A DNA stretch of 64,000 nt from the NCBI RefSeq assembly GCF_009914755.1, contig NC_060948.1; one strand, given 5' to 3'. A program made the translations under genes and the position numbers. Origin of the DNA: the human T2T-CHM13v2.0 reference genome, Homo sapiens. A model generated the notes under the pieces. The model did not search any database. It was given only the letters and a program-made list of their open reading frames with translations, and had not been told where the DNA came from. Shown here piece after piece: positions 42,749 to 57,069 of the stretch; the first letter of the stretch is position 1, and each line of letters begins with the position of its first letter.

Positions 42749-45700
42749 ATTGAATAGCACGGAATTGAATTGAATGGAATGGAATGCAATGGAATCTAAT
42801 GAAACGGAAAGGAAAGGAATGGAATGGAATGGAATGGGCTGGAATGGAAAGGAATCGAAACGAATGGAATGGAATCGAAGTGAAGAGACTGGAATGGAAT
42901 GCACTGGAATGGAAGGGAGTGTAATGGAAGGTTCTCGAAAAAAATGGAATCGAATGGAATGGAATTGATTGGAACGGAATAGAGTCGAATGGAATTGAAT
43001 GGAATGGAATGGACTAGAGTGAAATGGAATCGAACCACAAGGAATGGACAGGAATAGAATGGTCTCGAATTGAATGGAATCGTATGGAATGGCATCAAAC
43101 GGAATGGAATGGACAGCCACGGAATGGAATGCACTCGAATGCAATGGAGTCGAAACTAATGGACTGGAATAGAATGGACTCGACTGGTACGGACTCCAAT
43201 GGAATGGAATCGAATGGAAGGGAATCGAACGGAATGGAATCGAACGGAATGGACTCGAAGGGAAAAGACTGCAATGGAAAGGTCTCGAATGGAATGGAAA
43301 TTAATGGAATGGAATGGAATCGAATGAAATGGAGTCAAAAGGAATGGAATCGAATGGCAAGAAATCGAATGTAATGGAATCGCCAGGAATTGATGTGAAC
43401 GGAACGGAATGGAATGGAATCCAAAGGAATGGAATAGAATGGAATGGAATCGAATGGAAAGGACTCGAATGGAAATCACTCGAATAGAATGCAATTTAAT
43501 AAAATAGGATCAAATGTAATGGAATGGAATGGAAAGGAATCGAAACGAAAGGAATGGAGACAGATGGAATGGAATGGAACAGAGAGCAATGGTATAGAAT
43601 GGAATGGAATCATCTGGAATGGAATTGAATGGAATGGAATAATATGAAATGGAATGGAATGGAATGGAATGGAATGCCCTTGAATTAAATGGACTGGAAT
43701 GGAATGGACTCAAACAGAGTGGAATGGAAAGTGTGGAGATAGAATGGAATGAACTCCTTTGGAATGGTGTAGTATGCAATGCAATCGACTGGCAGGGAAT
43801 CAAAAGGAATGTAATCGAATGGATTGGACTGGAATGCAATGGACTCGAATAGATTGGAAACGGAATGCAAAGGAATGGAATGGAATAGTATGGAATGCAA
43901 TGGAAGGGAATGGAGTGGAATAGACTAGAGTGGAATGGAATGGACTGGAAAGCAATGGACTGGAATGGAACTTTCTTGGATGGACTGGAATCAAACGGAA
44001 TGGAATGCAATGCAATCAAATGGCATGGAATAAAATAGAATGAAAGAGAATCAAATGGAATTGAATCGAATGGAATCGAATGGATTGGAAGGGAATAGAA
44101 TGGAATGGAATGGAATGGACTCAAATGGAATGGACTAGAATGGAATGGATTCGAATGGAAGGCAAAGGAATGGAATCTATTGGAATGGACTGTAATGGAA
44201 TGGAATGGAAGGGATTGGAATGGACTCGAATGGAATGGACTGCAATAGAAAGGATTCGAATGGAATGAAAAAGAATTGAATGGAATAGAACAGAATGGAA
44301 TCAAATCGAATGAAATGGAATGGAATAGAAAGGAATGGAATGAAATGGAATGGAAAGGATTCGAATGGAATGCAATCGAATGGAATGGAATCGAACGGAA
44401 TGGAATAAAATGGAAGAAAACTGGCAAGAAATGGAATCGAAATGAATGGAGTGTTATGGAACGGACTCAAAAGGAATTGAATGTAATAGAATGGAGTGGA
44501 GTGGACTCGAATATAATGGACTGGAATGGAATGAAATCACATGGAATGGGAACGAATGGAATGGAATGGAAAGGAATGGAATCGAATGGAAAGGAATCGA
44601 ATGGAAGGGAATGAAATTGAATCAACACGAATGGAAGGGAATAGAATAGACTGTAATGGAATGGACTCGAATAGAATGGACACGAATGCTCAAATTAAAT
44701 GGACTCGAATGGAATGGAAACGAAAGGAATGTCATCGAATGGAATTGAATCGATTGGAATGAAATCGCATAGAATGGAGTGGAATCAAATGGAATTGAAT
44801 CGAAAGGAAAGGAAGCGAATGGACTGAAATGAAATGGAATGGAATTGAATGGAAAGTAATGCAATGGAATAGAATGGAACGAAATTTCACGGAATGGAAT
44901 CAAACTGAATGGAATCAAATCAATGGAATCAAATCAAATGGAATGGAAAGGAATTGAATGGAGTAGATGGGATTGGATGGGATTGGAATGAAATGTACTG
45001 GAAAGGACTCGAATTTCATGAAACGGAATGGAATGAATTGGAACGGAATGGACTCGAATGGAATGGAATGTCATGGGATGGCATCAAATGGAATGACATC
45101 AAATGGAATGGAGTCGAATGCAATGGAATGCTATGGAATGGAATGGAATGCATTGGAATGGAATGTCCGCTAATGGAATGGATTCGAGTGGAATGGAATT
45201 GAATATAATGGAGTCGAATGAAATGGAATTGAAAGGAATGGGATCGAATACAATGGAATATACTGGAATGTAACGTAATGAACTCGAATGTAATTGACTG
45301 GAATGGAATGTACATGAATGGAATGTAATCGAATGGAAAGTAATCCAATGGAATAGAATCTAATGCAATAAAATCGACTCAGATAGAGTAGAATGTAATG
45401 GAATGGAGTGCAGTGCAATGGAATGGAATGGAATGGAATGCAATGGAATGGAATGGAATGGAATGGAATGGAATGGAATGGAATGGAATGGGATGGAATG
45501 GTATGGAATGGATAGTAATGGACTGGAGTGAAATGGACTGGAAAGGAATGGACTCAAATTGAAAGGGCTCGAAAGGAATGGAGTCAAATGGAATGGTCTG
45601 GAATGGAATGAACACGAATGTAATGCAACCCAATAGAATGGAATCGAATGGCATGGAATATAAAGAAATGGAATCGAAGAGAATGGAAACAAATGGAATG

Positions 45701-46332
45701 GAATTGAATGGAATGGAATTGAATGGAATGGGAACGAATGGAGTGAAATTGTATGCAGTAGAAGAGAATAGAATGGAATGCAAGCGAAAGGAAAGGAATG
45801 GATTGGAATGGAATGGAATTCATTGGAATGGAAGGGAATGTAGTGTAATGGACAGGCCTGGAATAAAGTGGAATGCTACGGTCTCGAATGGAATAAAAAT
45901 GTATGGAATGGAATGCAATGAAACGGAATCGAATGTCATAGAATGTAATGGAATGCAAAAAAATGGAATCCAAAATCATTGACTGGAAAGGCTGGGTGTC
46001 GAAAGGAATTGACTCCAATGGAATGGAATCGAATGGAATGGAAGTGAATAGAATCGAACTAAATCGAATGGAATGGAATTGATAGGAACGGAATGGAAAG
46101 GAATGCAATGATTTGGCATGGAATGGAATCGAATGGCATCGAATGGAATGGAAAGGAATGCAATGGAATGGAATGTATTAGAATGGAATGAACTTTAATG
46201 GAATGTACTCGAATGGATTCGACTGGAATGGAATGTTCTGGAAGTGAATGGACTCCAATGGAATGGATTCAAAAGGAATGGAATCGTACGGAATGGAATC
46301 TAATGGAATGGAATTAAATGGAAATGAATCAA
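42749..46332. repeat. DYZ1 monomer U13 (3584 bp)
   Basis: Landmark spacing. Confidence 0.9.
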
Positions 46333-49300
46333 ATTGAATAGCACGGAATTGAATTGAATGGAATGGAATGCAATGGAATCTAATGAAACGGAAAGGAAAG
46401 GAATGGAATGGAATGGAATGGGCTGGAATGGAAAGGAATCGAAACGAATGGAATGGAATCGAAGTGAAGAGACTGGAATGGAATGCACTGGAATGGAAGG
46501 GAGTGTAATGGAAGGTTCTCGAAAAAAATGGAATCGAATGGAATGGAATTGAATGGAACGGAATAGAGTCGAATGGAATTGAATGGAATGGAATGGACTA
46601 GAGTGAAATGGAATCGAACCACAAGGAATGGACAGGAATAGAATGGTCTCGAATTGAATGGAATCGTATGGAATGGCATCAAACGGAATGGAATGGACAG
46701 CCACGGAATGGAATGCACTCGAAAGCAATGGAGTCGAAACTAATGGACTGGAATAGAATGGACTCGACTGGTACGGACTCCAATGGAATGGAATCGAATG
46801 GAAGGGAATCGAACGGAAGGGAATCGAACGGAATGGACTCGAAGGGAAAAGACTGCAATGGAAAGGTCTCGAATGGAATGGAAATTAATGGAATGGAATG
46901 GAATCGAATGAAATGGAGTCAAAAGGAATGGAATCGAATGGCAAGAAATCGAATGTAATGGAATCGCCAGGAATTGATGTGAATGGAACGGAATGGAATG
47001 GAATCCAAAGGAATGGAATAGAATGGAATGGAATCGAATGGAAAGGACTCGAATGGAAATCACTCGAATAGAATGCAATTTAATAAAATAGGATCAAATG
47101 TAATGGAATGGAATGGAAAGGAATCGAAACGAAAGGAATGGAGACAGATGGAATGGAATGGAACAGAGAGCAATGGTATAGAATGGAATGGAATCATCTG
47201 GAATGGAATTGAATGGAATGGAATAATATGAAATGGAATGGAATGGAATGGAATGGAATGCCCTTGAATTGAATGGACTGGAATAGAATGGACTCAAACA
47301 GAGTGGAATGGAAAGTGTGGAGATAGAATGGAATGAACTCCTTTGGAATGGTGTAGTATGCAATGCAATCGACTGGCAGGGAATCAAAAGGTATGTAATC
47401 GAAAGGATTGGACTGGAATGCAAAGGACTCGAATAGATTGGAAACGGAATGCAAAGGAATGGAATGGAATAGTATGGAATGCAATGGAAGGGAATGGAGT
47501 GGAATAGACTAGAGTGGAATGGAATGGACTGGAAAGCAATGGACTGGAATGGAACTTTCTTGGATGGACTGGAATCAAACGGAATGGAATGCAGTGCAAT
47601 CAAATGGCATGGAATAAAATAGAATGAAAGAGAATCAAATGGAATTGAATCGAATGGAATCGAATGGATTGGAAAGGAATAGAATGGAATGGAATGGAAT
47701 GGACTCAAATGGAATGGACTAGAATGGAATGGATTCGAATGGAAGGCAAAGGAATGGAATCTATTGGAATGGACTGTAATGGAATGGAATGGAAGGGATT
47801 GGAATGGACTCGAATGGACTGGACTGCAATAGAAAGGATTCGAATGGAATGAAAAAGAATTGAATGGAATAGAACAGAATGGAATCAAATCGAATGAAAT
47901 GGAATGGAATAGAAAGGAATGGAATGAAATGGAATGGAAAGGATTCGAATGGAATGCAATCGAATGGAATGGAATCGAACGGAATGGAATAAAATGGAAG
48001 AAAACTGGCAAGAAATGGAATCGAAATGAATGGAGTGTTATGGAACGGACTCAAAAGGAATTGAATGTAATAGAATGGAGTCTAGTGGACTCGAATATAA
48101 TGGACTGGAATGGAATGAAATCACATGGAATGGGAACGAATGGAATGGAATGGAAAGGAATGGAATCGAATGGAAAGGAATCGAATGGAAGGGAATGAAA
48201 TTGAGTCAACACGAATGGAAGGGAATAGAATAGACTGTAATGGAATGGACTCGAATAGAATGGACACGAATGCTCAAATTAAATGGACTCGAATGGAATG
48301 GAAACGAAAGGAATGTCATCGAATGGAATTGAATCTATTGGAATGAAATCGCATAGAATGGAGTGGAATCAAATGGAATTGAATCGAAAGGAAAGGAAGC
48401 GAATGGACTGAAATGAAATGGAATGGAATTGAATGGAAAGTAATGCAATGGAATAGAATGGAACGAAATTTCACGGAATGGAATCAAACTGAATGGAATC
48501 AAATCAATGGAATCAAATCAAATGGAATGGAAAGGAATTGAATGGAGTAGATGGGATTGGATGGGATTGGAATGAAATGTACTGGAAAGGACTCGAATTT
48601 CATGAAACGGAATGGAATGAATTGGAACGGAATGGACTCGAATGGAATGGAATGTCATGGGATGGCATCAAATGGAATGACATCAAATGGAATGGAATCG
48701 AATGCAATGGAATGCTATGGAATGGAATGGAATGCATTGGAATGGAATGTCCGCTAATGGAATGGATTCGAGTGGAATGGAATTGAATATAATGGAGTCG
48801 AATGAAATGGAATTGAAAGGAATGGGATCGAATACAATGGAATATACTGGAATGTAACGTAATGAACTCGAATGTAATTGACTGGAATGGAATGTACATG
48901 AATGGAATGTAATCGAATGGAAAGTAATCCAATGGAATAGAATCTAATGCAATAAAATCGACTCAGATAGAGTAGAATGTAATGGAATGGAGTGCAGTGC
49001 AATGGAATGGAATGGAATGGAATGCAATGGAATGGAATGGAATGGAATGGAATGGAATGGAATGGAATGGAATGGGATGGAATGGTATGGAATGGATAGT
49101 AATGGACTGGAGTGAAATGGACTGGAAAGGAATGGACTCAAATTGAAAGGGCTCGAAAGGAATGGAGTCAAATGGAATGGTCTGGAATGGAATGAACACG
49201 AATGTAATGCAACCCAATAGAATGGAATCGAATGGCATGGAATATAAAGAAATGGAATCGAAGAGAATGGAAACAAATGGAATGGAATTGAATGGAATGG

Positions 49301-49916
49301 AATTGAATGGAATGGGAACGAATGGAGTGAAATTGTATGCAGTAGAAGAGAATAGAATGGAATGCAAGCGAAAGGAAAGGAATGGATTGGAATGGAATGG
49401 AATTCATTGGAATGGAAGGGAATGTAGTGTAATGGACAGGCCTGGAATAAAGTGGAATGCTACGGTCTCGAATGGAATAAAAATGTATGGAATGGAATGC
49501 AATGAAACGGAATCGAATGTCATAGAATGTAATGGAATGCAAAAAAATGGAATCCAAAATCATTGACTGGAAAGGCTGGGTGTCGAAAGGAATTGACTCC
49601 AATGGAATGGAATCGAATGGAATGGAAGTGAATAGAATCGAACTAAATCGAATGGAATGGAATTGATAGGAACGGAATGGAAAGGAATGCAATGATTTGG
49701 CATGGAATGGAATCGAATGGCATCGAATGGAATGGAATGGAATGCAATGGAATGGAATGTATTAGAATGGAATGAACTTTAATGGAATGTACTCGAATGG
49801 ATTCGACTGGAATGGAATGTTCTGGAAGTGAATGGACTCCAATGGAATGGATTCAAAAGGAATGGAATCGTACGGAATGGAATCTAATGGAATGGAATTA
49901 AATGGAAATGAATCAA
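46333..49916. repeat. DYZ1 monomer U14 (3584 bp)
   Basis: Landmark spacing. Confidence 0.9.
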
Positions 49917-52900
49917 ATTGAATAGCACGGAATTGAATTGAATGGAATGGAATGCAATGGAATCTAATGAAACGGAAAGGAAAGGAATGGAATGGAATGG
50001 AATGGGCTGGAATGGAAAGGAATCGAAACGAATGGAATGGAATCGAAGTGAAGAGACTGGAATGGAATGCACTGGAATGGAAGGGAGTGTAATGGAAGGT
50101 TCTCGAAAAAAATGGAATCGAATGGAATGGAATTGAATGGAACGGAATAGAGTCGAATGGAATTGAATGGAATGGAATGGACTAGAGTGAAATGGAATCG
50201 AACCACAAGGAATGGACAGGAATAGAATGGTCTCGAATTGAATGGAATCGTATGGAATGGCATCAAACGGAATGGAATGGACAGCCACGGAATGGAATGC
50301 ACTCGAAAGCAATGGAGTCGAAACTAATGGACTGGAATAGAATGGACTCGACTGGTACGGACTCCAATGGAATGGAATCGAATGGAAGGGAATCGAACGG
50401 AAGGGAATCGAACGGAATGGACTCGAAGGGAAAAGACTGCAATGGAAAGGTCTCGAATGGAATGGAAATTAATGGAATGGAATGGAATCGAATGAAATGG
50501 AGTCAAAAGGAATGGAATCGAATGGCAAGAAATCGAATGTAATGGAATCGCCAGGAATTGATGTGAATGGAACGGAATGGAATGGAATCCAAAGGAATGG
50601 AATAGAATGGAATGGAATCGAATGGAAAGGACTCGAATGGAAATCACTCGAATAGAATGCAATTTAATAAAATAGGATCAAATGTAATGGAATGGAATGG
50701 AAAGGAATCGAAACGAAAGGAATGGAGACAGATGGAATGGAATGGAACAGAGAGCAATGGTATAGAATGGAATGGAATCATCTGGAATGGAATTGAATGG
50801 AATGGAATAATATGAAATGGAATGGAATGGAATGGAATGGAATGCCCTTGAATTGAATGGACTGGAATAGAATGGACTCAAACAGAGTGGAATGGAAAGT
50901 GTGGAGATAGAATGGAATGAACTCCTTTGGAATGGTGTAGTATGCAATGCAATCGACTGGCAGGGAATCAAAAGGTATGTAATCGAAAGGATTGGACTGG
51001 AATGCAAAGGACTCGAATAGATTGGAAACGGAATGCAAAGGAATGGAATGGAATAGTATGGAATGCAATGGAAGGGAATGGAGTGGAATAGACTAGAGTG
51101 GAATGGAATGGACTGGAAAGCAATGGACTGGAATGGAACTTTCTTGGATGGACTGGAATCAAACGGAATGGAATGCAGTGCAATCAAATGGCATGGAATA
51201 AAATAGAATGAAAGAGAATCAAATGGAATTGAATCGAATGGAATCGAATGGATTGGAAAGGAATAGAATGGAATGGAATGGAATGGACTCAAATGGAATG
51301 GACTAGAATGGAATGGATTCGAATGGAAGGCAAAGGAATGGAATCTATTGGAATGGACTGTAATGGAATGGAATGGAAGGGATTGGAATGGACTCGAATG
51401 GAATGGACTGCAATAGAAAGGATTCGAATGGAATGAAAAAGAATTGAATGGAATAGAACAGAATGGAATCAAATCGAATGAAATGGAATGGAATAGAAAG
51501 GAATGGAATGAAATGGAATGGAAAGGATTCGAATGGAATGCAATCGAATGGAATGGAATCGAACGGAATGGAATAAAATGGAAGAAAACTGGCAAGAAAT
51601 GGAATCGAAATGAATGGAGTGTTATGGAACGGACTCAAAAGGAATTGAATGTAATAGAATGGAGTGGAGTGGACTCGAATATAATGGACTGGAATGGAAT
51701 GAAATCACATGGAATGGGAACGAATGGAATGGAATGGAAAGGAATGGAATCGAATGGAAAGGAATCGAATGGAAGGGAATGAAATTGAATCAACACGAAT
51801 GGAAGGGAATAGAATAGACTGTAATGGAATGGACTCGAATAGAATGGACACGAATGCTCAAATTAAATGGACTCGAATGGAATGGAAACGAAAGGAATGT
51901 CATCGAATGGAATTGAATCGATTGGAATGAAATCGCATAGAATGGAGTGGAATCAAATGGAATTGAATCGAAAGGAAAGGAAGCGAATGGACTGAAATGA
52001 AATGGAATGGAATTGAATGGAAAGTAATGCAATGGAATAGAATGGAACGAAATTTCACGGAATGGAATCAAACTGAATGGAATCAAATCAATGGAATCAA
52101 ATCAAATGGAATGGAAAGGAATTGAATGGAGTAGATGGGATTGGATGGGATTGGAATGAAATGTACTGGAAAGGACTCGAATTTCATGAAACGGAATGGA
52201 ATGAATTGGAACGGAATGGACTCGAATGGAATGGAATGTCATGGGATGGCATCAAATGGAATGGCATCAAATGGAATGGAATCGAATGCAATGGAATGCT
52301 ATAGAATGGAATGGAATGCATTGGAATGGAATGTCCTCTAATGGAGTGGATTCGAGTGGAATGGAATTGAATATAATGGAGTCGAATGAAATGGAATTGA
52401 AAGGAATGGGATCGAATACAATGGAATATACAGGAATGTAACGTAATGAACTCGAATGTAATTGACTGGAATGGAATGTACATGAATGGAATGTAATCGA
52501 ATGGAAAGTAATCCAATGGAATAGAATCTAATGCAGTAAAATCGACTCAGATAGAGTAGAATGTAATGGAATGGAGTGCAGTGCAATGGAATGGAATGGA
52601 ATGGAATGCAATGGAATGGAATGGAATGGAATGGAATGGAATGGAATGGGATGGAATGGTATGGAATGGATAGTAATGGACTGGAGTGAAATGGACTGGA
52701 AAGGAATGGACTCAAATTGAAAGGGCTCGAAAGGAATGGAGTCAAATGGAATGGTCTGGAATGGAATGAACACGAATGTAATGCAACCCAATAGAATGGA
52801 ATCGAATGGCATGGAATATAAAGAAATGGAATCGAAGAGAATGGAAACAAATGGAATGGAATTGAATGGAATGGAATTGAATGGAATGGGAACGAATGGA

Positions 52901-53490
52901 GTGAAATTGTATGCAGTAGAAGAGAATAGAATGGAATGCAAGCGAAAGGAAAGGAATGGATTGGAATGGAATGGAATTCATTGGAATGGAAGGGAATGTA
53001 GTGTAATGGACAGGCCTGGAATAAAGTGGAATGCTACGGTCTCGAATGGAATAAAAATGTATGGAATGGAATGCAATGAAACGGAATCGAATGTCATAGA
53101 ATGTAATGGAATGCAAAAAAATGGAATCCAAAATCATTGACTGGAAAGGCTGGGTGTCGAAAGGAATTGACTCCAATGGAATGGAATCGAATGGAATGGA
53201 AGTGAATAGAATCGAACTAAATCGAATGGAATGGAATTGATAGGAACGGAATGGAAAGGAATGCAATGATTTGGCATGGAATGGAATCGAATGGCATCGA
53301 ATGGAATGGAATGGAATGCAATGGAATGGAATGTATTAGAATGTAATGAACTTTAATGGAATGTACTCGAATGGATTCGACTGGAATGGAATGTTCTGGA
53401 AGTGAATGGACTCCAATGGAATGGATTCAAAAGGAATGGAATCGTACGGAATGGAATCTAATGGAATGGAATTAAATGGAAATGAATCAA
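49917..53490. repeat. DYZ1 monomer U15 (3574 bp)
   Basis: Landmark spacing. Confidence 0.9.
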
Positions 53491-56400
53491 ATTGAATAGC
53501 ACGGAATTGAATTGAATGGAATGGAATGCAATGGAATCTAATGAAACGGAAAGGAAAGGAATGGAATGGAATGGAATGGGCTGGAATGGAAAGGAATCGA
53601 AACGAATGGAATGGAATCGAACTGAAGAGACTGGAATGGAATGCACTGGAATGGAAGGGAGTGTAATGGAAGGTTCTCGAAAAAAATGGAATCGAATGGA
53701 ATGGAATTGAATGGAACGGAATAGAGTCGAATGGAATTGAATGGAATGGAATGGACTAGAGTGAAATGGAATCGAACCACAAGGAATGGACAGGAATAGA
53801 ATGGTCTCGAATTGAATGGAATCGTATGGAATGGCATCAAACGGAATGGAATGGACAGCCACGGAATGGAATGCACTCGAAAGCAATGGAGTCGAAACTA
53901 ATGGACTGGAATAGAATGGACTCGACTGGTACGGACTCCAATGGAATGGAATCGAATGGAAGGGAATCGAACGGAAGGGAATCGAACGGAATGGACTCGA
54001 AGGGAAAAGACTGCAATGGAAAGGTCTCGAATGGAATGGAAATTAATGGAATGGAATGGAATCGAATGAAATGGAGTCAAAAGGAATGGAATCGAATGGC
54101 AAGAAATCGAATGTAATGGAATCGCCAGGAATTGATGTGAATGGAACGGAATGGAATGGAATCCAAAGGAATGGAATAGAATGGAATGGAATCGAATGGA
54201 AAGGACTCGAATGGAAATCACTCGAATAGAATGCAATTTAATAAAATAGGATCAAATGTAATGGAATGGAATGGAAAGGAATCGAAACGAAAGGAATGGA
54301 GACAGATGGAATGGAATGGAACAGAGAGCAATGGTATAGAATGGAATGGAATCATCTGGAATGGAATTGAATGGAATGGAATAATATGAAATGGAATGGA
54401 ATGGAATGGAATGGAATGCCCTTGAATTGAATGGACTGGAATAGAATGGACTCAAACAGAGTGGAATGGAAAGTGTGGAGATAGAATGGAATGAACTCCT
54501 TTGGAATGGTGTAGTATGCAATGCAATCGACTGGCAGGGAATCAAAAGGTATGTAATCGAAAGGATTGGACTGGAATGCAAAGGACTCGAATAGATTGGA
54601 AACGGAATGCAAAGGAATGGAATGGAATAGTATGGAATGCAATGGAAGGGAATGGAGTGGAATAGACTAGAGTGGAATGGAATGGACTGGAAAGCAATGG
54701 ACTGGAATGGAACTTTCTTGGATGGACTGGAATCAAACGGAATGGAATGCAGTGCAATCAAATGGCATGGAATAAAATAGAATGAAAGAGAATCAAATGG
54801 AATTGAATCGAATGGAATCGAATGGATTGGAAAGGAATAGAATGGAATGGAATGGAATGGACTCAAATGGAATGGACTAGAATGGAATGGATTCGAATGG
54901 AAGGCAAAGGAATGGAATCTATTGGAATGGACTGTAATGGAATGGAATGGAAGGGATTGGAATGGACTCGAATGGAATGGACTGCAATAGAAAGGATTCG
55001 AATGGAATGAAAAAGAATTGAATGGAATAGAACAGAATGGAATCAAATCGAATGAAATGGAATGGAATAGAAAGGAATGGAATGAAATGGAATGGAAAGG
55101 ATTCGAATGGAATGCAATCGAATGGAATGGAATCGAACGGAATGGAATAAAATGGAAGAAAACTGGCAAGAAATGGAATCGAAATGAATGGAGTGTTATG
55201 GAACGGACTCAAAAGGAATTGAATGTAATAGAATGGAGTGGAGTGGACTCGAATATAATGGACTGGAATGGAATGAAATCACATGGAATGGGAACGAATG
55301 GAATGGAATGGAAAGGAATGGAATCGAATGGAAAGGAATCGAATGGAAGGGAATGAAATTGAATCAACACGAATGGAAGGGAATAGAATAGACTGTAATG
55401 GAATGGACTCGAATAGAATGGACACGAATGCTCAAATTAAATGGACTCGAATGGAATGGAAACGAAAGGAATGTCATCGAATGGAATTGAATCGATTGGA
55501 ATGAAATCGCATAGAATGGAGTGGAATCAAATGGAATTGAATCGAAAGGAAAGGAAGCGAATGGACTGAAATGAAATGGAATGGAATTGAATGGAAAGTA
55601 ATGCAATGGAATAGAATGGAACGAAATTTCACGGAATGGAATCAAACTGAATGGAATCAAATCAATGGAATCAAATCAAATGGAATGGAAAGGAATTGAA
55701 TGGAGTAGATGGGATTGGATGGGATTGGAATGAAATGTACTGGAAAGGACTCGAATTTCATGAAACGGAATGGAATGAATTGGAACGGAATGGACTCGAA
55801 TGGAATGGAATGTCATGGGATGGCATCAAATGGAATGGCATCAAATGGAATGGAATCGAATGCAATGGAATGCTATAGAATGGAATGGAATGCATTGGAA
55901 TGGAATGTCCTCTAATGGAGTGGATTCGAGTGGAATGGAATTGAATATAATGGAGTCGAATGAAATGGAATTGAAAGGAATGGGATCGAATACAATGGAA
56001 TATACAGGAATGTAACGTAATGAACTCGAATGTAATTGACTGGAATGGAATGTACATGAATGGAATGTAATCGAATGGAAAGTAATCCAATGGAATAGAA
56101 TCTAATGCAATAAAATCGACTCAGATAGAGTAGAATGTAATGGAATGGAGTGCAGTGCAATGGAATGGAATGGAATGGAATGCAATGGAATGGAATGGAA
56201 TGGAATGGAATGGAATGGAATGGAATGGGATGGAATGGTATGGAATGGATAGTAATGGACTGGAGTGAAATGGACTGGAAAGGAATGGACTCAAATTGAA
56301 AGGGCTCGAAAGGAATGGAGTCAAATGGAATGGTCTGGAATGGAATGAACACGAATGTAATGCAACCCAATAGAATGGAATCGAATGGCATGGAATATAA

Positions 56401-57069
56401 AGAAATGGAATCGAAGAGAATGGAAACAAATGGAATGGAATTGAATGGAATGGAATTGAATGGAATGGGAACGAATGGAGTGAAATTGTATGCAGTAGAA
56501 GAGAATAGAATGGAATGCAAGCGAAAGGAAAGGAATGGATTGGAATGGAATGGAATTCATTGGAATGGAAGGGAATGTAGTGTAATGGACAGGCCTGGAA
56601 TAAAGTGGAATGCTACGGTCTCGAATGGAATAAAAATGTATGGAATGGAATGCAATGAAACGGAATCGAATGTCATAGAATGTAATGGAATGCAAAAAAA
56701 TGGAATCCAAAATCATTGACTGGAAAGGCTGGGTGTCGAAAGGAATTGACTCCAATGGAATGGAATCGAATGGAATGGAAGTGAATAGAATCGAACTAAA
56801 TCGAATGGAATGGAATTGATAGGAACGGAATGGAAAGGAATGCAATGATTTGGCATGGAATGGAATCGAATGGCATCGAATGGAATGGAATGGAATGCAA
56901 TGGAATGGAATGTATTAGAATGGAATGAACTTTAATGGAATGTACTCGAATGGATTCGACTGGAATGGAATGTTCTGGAAGTGAATGGACTCCAATGGAA
57001 TGGATTCAAAAGGAATGGAATCGTACGGAATGGAATCTAATGGAATGGAATTAAATGGAAATGAATCAA
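53491..57069. repeat. DYZ1 monomer U16 (3579 bp)
   Basis: Landmark spacing. Confidence 0.9.
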
